Below the pieces are notes generated by a model. That model saw only the letters and a list, made by a program, of their open reading frames with translations. It was not told the origin of the DNA and did no database searches. 64,000 nt of DNA from Candidatus Bathyarchaeia archaeon (GTDB lineage Archaea > Thermoproteota > Bathyarchaeia > 40CM-2-53-6), in assembly GCA_049513715.1 (NCBI GenBank), contig JBEKVV010000004.1, forward strand, positions 128,001 to 192,000. Direction: 5' to 3'. This document shows, in pieces, positions 9,451 to 18,124 of the stretch. Every line of letters starts with the position of its first letter. Within the stretch, counting starts at the first letter, position 1. The translations under genes and the position numbers were made by a program.

Positions 9451-9885
9451 CTATTGCCGGGTATCGACAGTTCCTTGGCTATCTTGATACCTGCCATGGT
9501 ACGGTCGTAGCGTTTTCGTGCTAAGGGGGTGAAAGGCGATTTGCAGAAATCTGTCACCCTTGTTCATGTTGAATGGTGCCGTTCCGGCGTTGTAAAGTGC
9601 TATCGTCAACTGGCCGCGGAATCCCGGGTCGACCAAGGCTAAGCTTGCGAAGATTCCCGCGCGAGCCAGAGATGACCGAATATGCAATGTCCCTGCCATA
9701 TCCTCCCCCAACTCAACACGCTCGAGGGTTGCCACCAGGTGATGCTCGTGAGCTTCCATGTGTAATTTGGCGGCTAATCTCAGGTCGTAGCCCGATCCGT
9801 TCAGGCTTGACGAGTCGAAGGGGTTGATCACGAGTGAACCGTCCTGAACGCGTTTCTCGATTTCCACATCTGACAGAAGAGTCAT
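9451..9885 (-). CDS. dcd: dCTP deaminase / dUTPase family
   Basis: GYDLRL, RSSLARAG, VDPGFRG, GRYQ. Confidence 0.88.
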   Translation of the reverse strand: MTLLSDVEIEKRVQDGSLVINPFDSSSLNGSGYDLRLAAKLHMEAHEHHLVATLERVELGEDMAGTLHIRSSLARAGIFASLALVDPGFRGQLTIALYNAGTAPFNMNKGDRFLQIAFHPLSTKTLRPYHGRYQDSQGTVDTRQ

Positions 9886-9982
9886 TGAAAATCCGGCTTG
9901 CGTTATCTAGAGTCTGCAGCTAACTGTCTTGTCCATGTGCCAACCTATAGATTCATCTTGTACTATTGCTGCGTGATGCTTT

Positions 9983-10097
9983 GGGCCCGTAGTCGAGCCA
10001 GGATTAAGACACAGCGACTCCAATGAGTCGTGTAGGCCTTCGGTGCAAATGCGGGGAAAGCCTGGGATCCGGGGTTCGAATCCCCGCGGGCCCGCCA
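9983..10097 (+). tRNA. tRNA-Arg(TCG) with two introns (29/30, 37/38), CCA encoded
   Basis: Introns 10015-10035 (ACAC/GTGT helix, GACTC hairpin) and 10044-10058; spliced stem CAGGC/GCCTG, loop CTTCGGA. Confidence 0.92.
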
Positions 10098-10196
10098 CCT
10101 GTTTTCCAGCAAGCGAATCCCCTACTCGCGAAAGGAGTCTGCGAATAGTACAAATACTAAGGTATCTTCTCACACGAAAACTGTAACTGAGATCTG

Positions 10197-10865
10197 GTGG
10201 GACAGACGCGCAAAAAGTTGCTAACCATTGGCCTTCTCATACTTCTCGCCGGAGTGTACCTGTTTGAGCAAGGGCCTCAAATGCTCACTCCGATAGCCGA
10301 AATGTTCGGGTTAGTAACATACACCCCAATCGTGACCCCTGTGATAGCACCAACTCTGTTCGCGGTTCCTGCCTCGAACTACACTGCCCTGTCAGAAACT
10401 TTGAGCGGTGACGTCCAGGTCAAAGGGTCGTTGGAAGTTAGTGACGGTCGTGAGATTGCTTTCTACGTTATGGATGCTGGGAATTTCTCAGAGTGGCACG
10501 CGGGTCAACCCAGCGCCATTTTGCTTGCCAAGACCTTGGCGATAACATACAACTTCACCTTCACTCCCAAAGTCTCGGGAACGTACTTCTTCGTATTCGA
10601 TAACCAAGATACGACTCGCCGGACTGTAATCTTCAGCCTCAACACCGTTGAGGTTCTTGCGGTACTGAGCCCTATTGTCGAATACGCTGGATATGAGGCG
10701 ATGCTGTTGGGAATCGTGCTTTCTATAGCGGGGATTAAGACTGGAAAGAAGAAACCGGTACAACAAAAGACATTGGCGGAGGGGCTGTGGAATTGTAGGT
10801 TCTGCGGAGTGGACAACGCAGGCAGCGATGTGTTCTGTACAAAATGCGGGCGTTCGCAACAGTAG
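10197..10865 (+). CDS. Membrane protein with beta-rich extracellular domain and C-terminal zinc ribbon
   Basis: N- and C-terminal TM helices, GTYFFVFDN, CRFC...CTKC. Confidence 0.75.
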   Translation: MGQTRKKLLTIGLLILLAGVYLFEQGPQMLTPIAEMFGLVTYTPIVTPVIAPTLFAVPASNYTALSETLSGDVQVKGSLEVSDGREIAFYVMDAGNFSEWHAGQPSAILLAKTLAITYNFTFTPKVSGTYFFVFDNQDTTRRTVIFSLNTVEVLAVLSPIVEYAGYEAMLLGIVLSIAGIKTGKKKPVQQKTLAEGLWNCRFCGVDNAGSDVFCTKCGRSQQ

Positions 10866-10878
10866 TCGGTTTGAGGTC

Positions 10879-12075
10879 TTAGCCTATGTTCGTTGGGGAG
10901 TTTTGTTCAGTTTTCCGGAATATTGCGTAGAAGAGGGTTATGGACATGACGTACAAGATTGTGCAGAGGTAGAATGGCAAGCTGAGGTTGCCCGCGTTCA
11001 GTAGCGAGCCACCGACGACAGTGCTTGCTGCGTTCGGTAATCGCCAGATCACCACGTTAAGCGAGGACGCAGTTGCCCTTTCGTCCTCTGCAATCATGTT
11101 CATCAGAAATGTGTCGCCGAGGGGGCTGGACATGTTCATGAGAACTGCACGAATGACGTAGAGGGGTCCGGCGATCATTGGGCTTGGGCTGAATGGGATG
11201 GAGAGTAGGAAAATGGTTGAGAGCCCCTGAGTCACAACGATTCCTCTAATCAAGCCTATTCGTTTAGCGATGCTCGGTGCCGCTAGGGCGGTTAGTCCCA
11301 TTATGATGCTCGATGCTGCGACGAGAGGCCCGCTGAAGACGTCTGTCACATTGAAGCGAAGATAGAACCATGTCGGTATTAGTGGAATGATGAGTCCTGC
11401 TCCCAAGCCGATCATCAGGTTCGCGGTTGAGAATTTAGCTATGATTCCAAGCGATTTGCGAGGCAGTATACCCTTACGTGACGTCTTCGGCTTGATGTTG
11501 ACTGCCCAACGTGAAACCGTAAGCGGGGTTGCGAGGCATATGAGTCCAAGTGCAACGAAAGTCAGTCGGTGCGCTGTCAACAGATCCATTGGCAGCAGCG
11601 GGAATAAGCCGGGCACGAATGTGCCAACACCGGAAGCAATCGTGAAGGTCATGAAGGACAGGCTGAATGTGGCAGCCCTAACATCGGCGGTCGTTGTATC
11701 CGCAAGGTATGCGTTCCATGTGGACAGGTACATGGCCTCGCCTATGCCGCCTGCTATGGCTGAAAGTTCTAGCAGGAGGATGTCTGCTGTGATGCCCGGA
11801 ACTATGATGATGAAGCTCGTGAGAAGTCCTCCGACTAGCATTATGCGTTTGCGGCCGTAACGGTCAGAAAGCACAGCGAACGGGATGCTGAAGACCACGG
11901 TAGTTAACCCGAAAATCGTCAGGAGGGCGCCCAGATAAGTGACAGATATGCCTTCTAAGGGGAGAAAGACTGCTATGGCTACTTCGTAGAAGCCCAACCC
12001 TAGCGCCAAGGGGCTTGCACCCAAAACGACGCGGACAGTGTTTTTCGGGACACTTCCGAATGGGTGCATCTGCAT
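10879..12075 (-). CDS. MFS transporter
   Basis: About 12 TM segments; motif A LSDRYGRKR. Confidence 0.9.
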   Translation of the reverse strand: MQMHPFGSVPKNTVRVVLGASPLALGLGFYEVAIAVFLPLEGISVTYLGALLTIFGLTTVVFSIPFAVLSDRYGRKRIMLVGGLLTSFIIIVPGITADILLLELSAIAGGIGEAMYLSTWNAYLADTTTADVRAATFSLSFMTFTIASGVGTFVPGLFPLLPMDLLTAHRLTFVALGLICLATPLTVSRWAVNIKPKTSRKGILPRKSLGIIAKFSTANLMIGLGAGLIIPLIPTWFYLRFNVTDVFSGPLVAASSIIMGLTALAAPSIAKRIGLIRGIVVTQGLSTIFLLSIPFSPSPMIAGPLYVIRAVLMNMSSPLGDTFLMNMIAEDERATASSLNVVIWRLPNAASTVVGGSLLNAGNLSLPFYLCTILYVMSITLFYAIFRKTEQNSPTNIG

Positions 12076-12126
12076 TGGCCACTTACCAGGGGTTCTGATT
12101 AGATGAGCATGCTGATCGAAAAAAAG

Positions 12127-12543
12127 CTACGCCATGTTCTCGCGAAGGATCCCTGCGACTTCGGTCGGAAGCAGAGTAGCCTTCCAGTTCAGGTCGACTG
12201 CGATGCATTTCAAGTAGCCTTCAGCGGCCAATTCGTTCGTTTCCTTTTTGTTTAGTTGAAACTCGTATGTGACGGTCTTATCGGTGATTTCCTTGACCTT
12301 CATTACGACTTCAATGAGGTCATCGTACTTGCAGGCTACCATGTATACACAGTGTGCTTCAACCCTTGGTAGCATTATTCCGTATTTCTCGCGAATTTTG
12401 GCGTGAGTTGCACCCAGTGAGCGGTAGAACTCTTGCTCGCAGGCCTCGAAGTACCTGAAGAAGTTGGTATAGTGCATCACTCCCGCTACATCTGTGTCAA
12501 CCCAACGAACACGAAACGCGTATTTGAAACTCATCGCGGTCAA
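12127..12543 (-). CDS. Acyl-CoA thioesterase (YbgC/4HBT family)
   Basis: VRWVDTDVAGVMHYTNFFRYFE. Confidence 0.88.
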   Translation of the reverse strand: MTAMSFKYAFRVRWVDTDVAGVMHYTNFFRYFEACEQEFYRSLGATHAKIREKYGIMLPRVEAHCVYMVACKYDDLIEVVMKVKEITDKTVTYEFQLNKKETNELAAEGYLKCIAVDLNWKATLLPTEVAGILRENMA

Positions 12544-12624
12544 CTATCCCATTGTCCGGCTGAAAGTACTCCATAGATTTAACGAAGCCGTATTGCAAAT
12601 GCGAAAAGGCTGCGGGATTCTCTG

Positions 12625-12636
12625 AAAGCTTATAGG
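12625..12636 (+). promoter_or_regulatory. BRE/TATA promoter of tRNA-Tyr
   Basis: GAAAGCTTATAG about 30 nt upstream of the tRNA 5' end. Confidence 0.55.
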
Positions 12637-12662
12637 GCACGCGCCAGAGGCTTTGGTTTTGT

Positions 12663-12837
12663 CCCGCGGTAGCTCAGCCTGGTAGAGCTTCCGAGTCGCT
12701 CTAACTAGGAGTGACGGAGACGCTGTAGGTGTGCGCCCAAGGCGCGGCCATGTCAGCCTACTAGGCTAACAACCGAAACCGGACTGTCGCTGGTTCAAAG
12801 CAGGTGTTACCCTGTGAAAATCCGGCCCGCGGGACCA
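12663..12837 (+). tRNA. tRNA-Tyr(GTA) with three introns (30/31, 37/38, 59/60), CCA encoded
   Basis: C1:G72, A73; introns 12694-12721, 12729-12777, 12800-12820; spliced stem TCCGG/CCGGA, loop CTGTAGA. Confidence 0.92.
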
Positions 12838-13668
12838 TTATTTTGATGGTCGTGGGATCGGGGCTCCATTCTCCTTCAAAAGCAGAAGCCGTTCTTGAAG
12901 AGTTGTATGTGGTGGACAGGTACCAAGGGCTTTCCATACTAGGAATTTCGTATTCTTCGACAGATTGGCGAATCCCACTCTCATCATCCAGTAATGTAGC
13001 TGCTTACGACCCTTAATCCATATCAAGTGAAGTGGTACTCGACGCATCTGCTTGCTTTGGTATACACTACTATAGAAACGAAAACCCAGGTTCTTGAGCA
13101 AGCGAGTGGTGCCACTTGCGAGCGAGGGACTGCATGTTGAGAAGTTCAAAATGGGATCAGAGTATTCGGATCTTGCGTTCTTGCCAAATGAGAGTGAGCC
13201 GTCCGTGTCAAAGAGACCTCTCAAACAAGCTGAGTAGAACGATTTGTCATTGGAGTCCAGGAGAACGTCGGGTATACGGGCTCTGTACTTGGGCCCAACT
13301 GGCAATCCAAGAATCTTGGATTTGAAATAGAATACGGCCATGGAGCCGTACATCAGGTTCAGTTCTGACTTTTCAGGGCGCTCGTAAGTGCTACCTCGAA
13401 GATTGTAGAGCCGGGAAACAAGCGTCGAAACATGCGAAAGGAGGTAATCGCGGTCTTCTCTGTTATGCCCTGTATAGATCCATCGATACTCTGTTCCTCC
13501 ACGTTTCGGCCTGCAGAACTTCAGTTGGCCGTCACCCAAATGAATCCCGATTTCCTCCGCAAGCTCTATCGACATTTCTTTGGGGATCGTAACCTGTCTT
13601 CGGTCATCATTCCAACTGCGTGGCAGTGTCGAAGGAATCGGAGGCCTCATCCTTGCATATCGCTCCAA
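12838..13668 (-). CDS. Two-motif LAGLIDADG homing endonuclease (start uncertain)
   Basis: LAEEIGIHLGDG and CLRGLFDTDGS motifs; stop codon directly abuts the tRNA-Tyr CCA; no intein splicing motifs or host protein. Confidence 0.88.
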   Translation of the reverse strand: MERYARMRPPIPSTLPRSWNDDRRQVTIPKEMSIELAEEIGIHLGDGQLKFCRPKRGGTEYRWIYTGHNREDRDYLLSHVSTLVSRLYNLRGSTYERPEKSELNLMYGSMAVFYFKSKILGLPVGPKYRARIPDVLLDSNDKSFYSACLRGLFDTDGSLSFGKNARSEYSDPILNFSTCSPSLASGTTRLLKNLGFRFYSSVYQSKQMRRVPLHLIWIKGRKQLHYWMMRVGFANLSKNTKFLVWKALGTCPPHTTLQERLLLLKENGAPIPRPSK

Positions 13669-13762
13669 GAGTGTGAGTAATTGCGACTACTAATGCGAGA
13701 GAGCTAGGTGAAACGAATCTGGAATCGTACTAGTCCTACCGTGCAGTATTCAATGAAGGACA

Positions 13763-13910
13763 GCTGTAGTCCTGTACCTTGATGGTATGGGGAGTTCAGC
13801 TTACTAGGCGTACAACGTCTGAAACCGGAGTGTCGCTGGAGAACCGTTCAATGGTTCGGCGAATTCAAAATGGAGTGCATAACTCTATGAAACTCCGGCC
13901 CGCGGGACCA
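13763..13910 (+). repeat. Partial second tRNA-Tyr(GTA) copy (positions 31-76) with introns at 37/38, 53/54, 59/60
   Basis: Exons identical to the upstream gene except position 44 (G vs C); introns 13770-13823, 13840-13863, 13870-13893; no acceptor 5' strand or D arm found upstream. Confidence 0.88.
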
Positions 13911-13978
13911 TAACCGAGCTGTAAACGAAACCGTGTTCAATGACTCTTTCACCCTGAGAGCGGGTTCGTTTCCTGATT

Positions 13979-14455
13979 CTACGTGGTCGGTTTGGATACC
14001 TTGTAGAGAAACAGCTTGCGCTCAAGACCACCACTGCTTCCTATTGCGACTTTTTCAGGTGTGAAGCCTGGGAGCTCATAGTCAAGAGAAACGATTCTGG
14101 CGCCCTCTTTGAGTTCCTGTTTCAGTTTGGGTGCTAGCTTCGAGTTCACGCTATCTGAGAGGTAGATGATGACGGCGTCGGCAGGGGAAACGTCGACGTC
14201 CATGAAGTCTGCTTGGATTACTTGTGCTTCGATGCCGGTGGATTTTACGCGTTCCTGAATTCGGGAAACTCGTTCGGGGTCGATCTCGATTCCAACAACC
14301 TTCGCCCCGAATTTTCGTGCAGCTTCGATTAGAATGCGTCCGTCACCGGCTCCCAAGTCGTAGATTGTCTCCCCGCGTCGAATTTGGGCGAGCGAGAGCA
14401 TCTGGTGCACTATGGATTTTGGTGTTGGAATGTATGCTACGTCTAAGTCTACCAC
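13979..14455 (-). CDS. Class I SAM-dependent methyltransferase
   Basis: YIPTP, YDLGAGDGR, VGIEIDP. Confidence 0.88.
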   Translation of the reverse strand: MVDLDVAYIPTPKSIVHQMLSLAQIRRGETIYDLGAGDGRILIEAARKFGAKVVGIEIDPERVSRIQERVKSTGIEAQVIQADFMDVDVSPADAVIIYLSDSVNSKLAPKLKQELKEGARIVSLDYELPGFTPEKVAIGSSGGLERKLFLYKVSKPTT

Positions 14456-14520
14456 TCTATTCGTCCTCGTCGCAAATTCATTTCAGGTCTTCGAGGAGTT
14501 GGCGACCCAGAGAAAGAAAG

Positions 14521-16461
14521 CTAACGCTTCCTCCTGACCGATCGCCTTCGCTTGCGCTTCGAAGGTTTCCTCCGCAGAAACAGCACGAAGGAGGCGGCAG
14601 ACGCCGCGACGACAGTGATGAGCAATGTCACTTCATACAGCCAAATCGGAGCTAACACATTCAAATCCAGAAAACCTGTGGAGCCACCAAAATACGGGTT
14701 GCCATTGACTGCAACTGTCAGGTTGTGTTCTCCGAGCTGATACCATCCGAAGGCGAGTGTGATGTTCATTGTTCCATCGACAAGCCTTTGACTTGTAATG
14801 AGTTTGTTGTCGAGCCAAATGTCGGCTTGGAGGTTCGGGAGTAAGTTGCCGAATTCATCTGTGGCTTTGACGGTAATTGTGCTAGGCTGAGCTGCCTGCA
14901 TGTTTGGTGAACTGGAGAACTGTATTCTGGTGGCAAGCTTACCCAAGTTCAGGGTTGTCAGCTGGTCGCTGCCCGCAAGGTAGAGATTGCCAAACTTGCC
15001 ACCTGTAAACAAGAAGCGAATGTAGTATTCACCGGGCTTGAGTGCGAAGTGTTCTTCAAAACGTGCAATGCCTTCGTTGTCGGTTTGGTTCGTATCGATG
15101 TCATACCATTGTTCGTGGTCGTAATACTGAAGTTTCACTGGCAGTCCTGAAAGCCTGTTGCCAGATAGGTCTGTAATGGTGGCTGATATTGTTGCTTGCC
15201 GTAGGTAGGTGGCGTTTACGGAGCGAGGTGGTATGATCTGGGTGTTCTGGAGGGTGAGGCCTGATAGTTTTTGGTTGGCTACGAGCACTGTGAAAGTATC
15301 TGCAGTTCTGGATTGGATGGTAATGAATACGTGCCGGGCCGGGTCTTCGAAGGTTTCTCCGACTTGGTAGGGGGCATCGTTCAGCGTTTTGGTTGATGTG
15401 TTCGCGTCCATGACTTGAACGATTCCGCCGCCAGTGTCGCGTGATTCATCTATTCTCGTGATTAGGACGCCTGAGCTAGGAAGGCTGTCGTCAAACCCCA
15501 CCCTGTCACGGAGTTCAACCATGTAATAGTCGGTAGAGCTGTTGGTTGTTATCTTGATTGTTCGAGTTCCGGAGCTTGTTTCTAGCGGGTGGAGTGTTTC
15601 ACTTTGGATGGAGAGGTTGCCTGTGGAAAGTTGAACGCTGTCTGGCAGAAGCCATCCCAACTTGACTCTACTCCACGCCTCAAGCTCTGCGGGCGAGGTG
15701 CCCGGAGGATTGCCCAGCCACAACCCAGTTGCCATAAGGGACCACCTCCCCACAAACGGATCTGGTGTGTTAGGGGCGGCGTTCGCGTCGTATAGATCTA
15801 GAAGGCCTAGCAAGTGCCCGTACTCATGCGTATAGACACCTAATGGAGAATGCCCGTGTGTTTCCATCTCAGGGGCTATTGCGGCGGCGTTGACGACGGC
15901 CCCGTTGTTTGCTTGAATCTGCAGGTCATACCAGTAAGCCTCGGACCAAATGTCGTCGGATGTGGATGCCGCATCCTCTTGTCCTGCTCCTGCGTGAACC
16001 ACAACGATCTTGGAGTACGCATTGAAGTCAACATCCGCTTCGGCTGCTGTGATTGCGTCTCTGATCAATTGGACAGGGTTTGCATCGCTTCCCGGCTGCG
16101 ATGGGTTGAGGTCAGCGCCGTAGAAGGACATAGGGTTAGGAAGCTGATACCAGCCTACGGTTTTCCCGATAACTTGGATTTCGCCGTATGAAACGTCGGA
16201 GTAGTATTTCGCCATCTGGTTGAAAATCATATTGTCAATTGCAGTTTTGTTGGCCGTGTGTTTGACATCGGAGAATTCAACTAGAATCGCAAGCGTGTTT
16301 TGTGGACCTGAGGCAGGGGAGACTGGAGGGTAGTACTGAGGTCCAACGCCCTTCACCCCCAGAAGGTTGGGGCGCATTGCGGCTGCGTAGTCAGGACGCA
16401 TGGACGAGGCTAATACGCAGAAGAGAAAGACCACGGCGATGAGTACTTTTGAGGTTTTCAT
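14521..16461 (-). CDS. M6-family (immune inhibitor A-like) secreted metalloprotease with C-terminal membrane anchor
   Basis: Signal peptide, VVHAG, HEYGHLLGLLDLYD, WSLMATG, Ig-like region, TM helix and basic tail. Confidence 0.9.
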   Translation of the reverse strand: MKTSKVLIAVVFLFCVLASSMRPDYAAAMRPNLLGVKGVGPQYYPPVSPASGPQNTLAILVEFSDVKHTANKTAIDNMIFNQMAKYYSDVSYGEIQVIGKTVGWYQLPNPMSFYGADLNPSQPGSDANPVQLIRDAITAAEADVDFNAYSKIVVVHAGAGQEDAASTSDDIWSEAYWYDLQIQANNGAVVNAAAIAPEMETHGHSPLGVYTHEYGHLLGLLDLYDANAAPNTPDPFVGRWSLMATGLWLGNPPGTSPAELEAWSRVKLGWLLPDSVQLSTGNLSIQSETLHPLETSSGTRTIKITTNSSTDYYMVELRDRVGFDDSLPSSGVLITRIDESRDTGGGIVQVMDANTSTKTLNDAPYQVGETFEDPARHVFITIQSRTADTFTVLVANQKLSGLTLQNTQIIPPRSVNATYLRQATISATITDLSGNRLSGLPVKLQYYDHEQWYDIDTNQTDNEGIARFEEHFALKPGEYYIRFLFTGGKFGNLYLAGSDQLTTLNLGKLATRIQFSSSPNMQAAQPSTITVKATDEFGNLLPNLQADIWLDNKLITSQRLVDGTMNITLAFGWYQLGEHNLTVAVNGNPYFGGSTGFLDLNVLAPIWLYEVTLLITVVAASAASFVLFLRRKPSKRKRRRSVRRKR

Positions 16462-16510
16462 TCCGACAGGACCCGGTTGCTAATGGGAGAAGGTCAAACA
16501 GGAAACAACC

Positions 16511-16524
16511 CGAACACTTTAAAC
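16511..16524 (+). promoter_or_regulatory. BRE/TATA promoter of tRNA-Asp
   Basis: CGAACACTTTAAAC about 30 nt upstream of the tRNA. Confidence 0.55.
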
Positions 16525-16550
16525 TCTCTTGAGGATTTGTATGAAACCGG

Positions 16551-16656
16551 GCCCTGGTCGTTCAGTGGTCTAGGATGACGGCCTGTCACGTCGTCGACGC
16601 GGGTTCGAATCCCGCCCAAAGGAGCGGAAAGAATCTTCTCCTGGCGAGGGGCGCCA
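16551..16656 (+). tRNA. tRNA-Asp(GTC) with one intron in the acceptor stem (68/69)
   Basis: Removing 16619-16648 restores GCCCTGG/CCAGGGC, G73, CCA; strict BHB with CGCC/GGCG central helix and AGGAG/CTCCT outer helix. Confidence 0.9.
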
Positions 16657-16672
16657 ACCCGCGTACCCACGA

Positions 16673-16813
16673 CTACTCATCAAGGCCGGACAGCTTTTTC
16701 ATGTCCATGTTGCTGAGTTTCTTGCTTTTGCAGCGGGGGCAGGAGGGTTCTTTGGCGTTTGTGAGAAATTCGTAGCTGCAATCATTGCACGCGTAGAAGG
16801 CCGCTTTGTCCAA
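16673..16813 (-). CDS. Small zinc-ribbon protein (46 aa, below the ORF-track cutoff)
   Basis: TTG start; MDKAAFYACNDCSYEFLTNAKEPSCPRCKSKKL... with CxxC-x12-CxxC. Confidence 0.65.
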   Translation of the reverse strand: MDKAAFYACNDCSYEFLTNAKEPSCPRCKSKKLSNMDMKKLSGLDE

Positions 16814-16893
16814 GATTGTACCCGTGTTTCACTGTGTTCTTACTCAGTCATTAAATATCATTTTGCTGGTTTTGCTGGCGGTTTTGATTTACC

Positions 16894-17835
16894 ATGATGC
16901 CAGTTAATGAGAAGGATGTCGTAGCGGCAATCGAGAAAGTGAGCCCTGCGGTCGTGTCCATCGCAACCCTTAGGGTCATTCAGGAGAACCTGTTTGATGC
17001 TGTTCCAGTTCGCGGCTTGGGCTCGGGTATTATTTTCGATTCTAACGGTGGGATACTTACGAACCACCATATCGTTGAGGACGCTGAGAGGGTTCAGGTG
17101 GTTACTGCGAACGGGAAGAAGTTCCAGGGAGAGGTGTTGGGCTCTGATGCGATGTCGGATGTGGCTGTGGTCAGGGTGGATGGCGAGGGATTGCCTGCCG
17201 TTAGGCTTGGGGATTCCGATAAGTTGGTTGTGGGTCAAATTGCGATCGCAATCGGTAACCCGTACGGGTTTCTTCTACCCGGGCCGACGGCGACGGTTGG
17301 TGTAATCAGTGCTCTGCAACGGCATCTCCACGTTGAGAACCACATGTACGAGGACCTGATTCAAACCGACGCTTCAATCAACCCAGGAAACAGCGGCGGC
17401 CCCTTGGTGGACAGCTCAGGCCAAGTCATTGGCGTCAACACGGCTAACATACCGTTCGCGCAGGGCATAGGGTTCGCGATACCAATCAATAATGCGCGGA
17501 AGATTGCGAAGGAAATAATCCAGCACGGACGCGTCCCGCGACCGTACCTAGGTATCTCAGGCCTGACTCTGAACCGAGACATAGCCGAATCCTACAATAT
17601 TCCACACGAGAAGGGAGTGCTGGTGGTTAGGGTGGGGAGGGGTAGCCCAGCCCATAGGGGTGGCATGTCAGCCGGAGATGTGATTCTTGAGGTCGACAAG
17701 AAACCTCTGAAGGCTTGGGAGGATTTGCAGCATGTGGTTCAGGAGAAGAAGGTGGGAGAGAGTTTGGAATTGTTCGTGGGCCGCGACCAAGAGCAAGGCA
17801 AGATGAACATAGTCCTGGAGGAAGCGGCCAGGTAA
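16894..17835 (+). CDS. htrA: HtrA/DegP-like serine protease with PDZ domain
   Basis: GSG, TNHH, DVAV, IQTDASINPGNSGGPL, PYLGI. Confidence 0.92.
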   Translation: MMPVNEKDVVAAIEKVSPAVVSIATLRVIQENLFDAVPVRGLGSGIIFDSNGGILTNHHIVEDAERVQVVTANGKKFQGEVLGSDAMSDVAVVRVDGEGLPAVRLGDSDKLVVGQIAIAIGNPYGFLLPGPTATVGVISALQRHLHVENHMYEDLIQTDASINPGNSGGPLVDSSGQVIGVNTANIPFAQGIGFAIPINNARKIAKEIIQHGRVPRPYLGISGLTLNRDIAESYNIPHEKGVLVVRVGRGSPAHRGGMSAGDVILEVDKKPLKAWEDLQHVVQEKKVGESLELFVGRDQEQGKMNIVLEEAAR

Positions 17836-17986
17836 ATCTTCGTCCTAGCCACAGATTGGCGCCATTTTTCCTTTCTATTATTGTTGAGTAGGGGGGAGGG
17901 GGCAGTAGGGCAGTATGGGCCCCATCGTCGTGTTTCGGGATAAGATTTAAGCCAGTCATACTGGACGACAGACCTGAATCCAAACT

Positions 17987-18045
17987 AGGTTGCTGATTCC
18001 TCCGCCCTCCGGGGACTGGATCCAGTACTCCAACCTCTGAGCACC
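17987..18045 (+). ncRNA. Candidate box C/D sRNA
   Basis: Degenerate C box TTGCTGA, D box CTGA at 18037-18040, short terminal stem, TTTAAG upstream; internal boxes weak. Confidence 0.25.
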
Positions 18046-18124
18046 AACCAAGCCACGATTCGGGCTTTCTGGTGTTTTGCTGGCGGCTTGGCCGTAGCCT
18101 GTGATTCTTGTCGCGTGATCTTGG

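Noticed and set aside
9907..10173. 88-aa minus-strand ORF
   Set aside because: Antisense translation of tRNA-Arg(TCG)
12838..13668. LAGLIDADG as intein or as sense-strand intron-encoded endonuclease
   Set aside because: No intein termini or host protein; the ORF is antisense and lies outside the complete upstream tRNA
13681..13762. 5' half or trans-splicing leader for the second tRNA-Tyr copy
   Set aside because: No CCCGCGG acceptor strand or D arm; a GTCCT/AGGAC stem exists but does not give a convincing BHB with the real exon
16575..16775. 66-aa ORF
   Set aside because: Starts inside tRNA-Asp and is antisense to the zinc-ribbon gene
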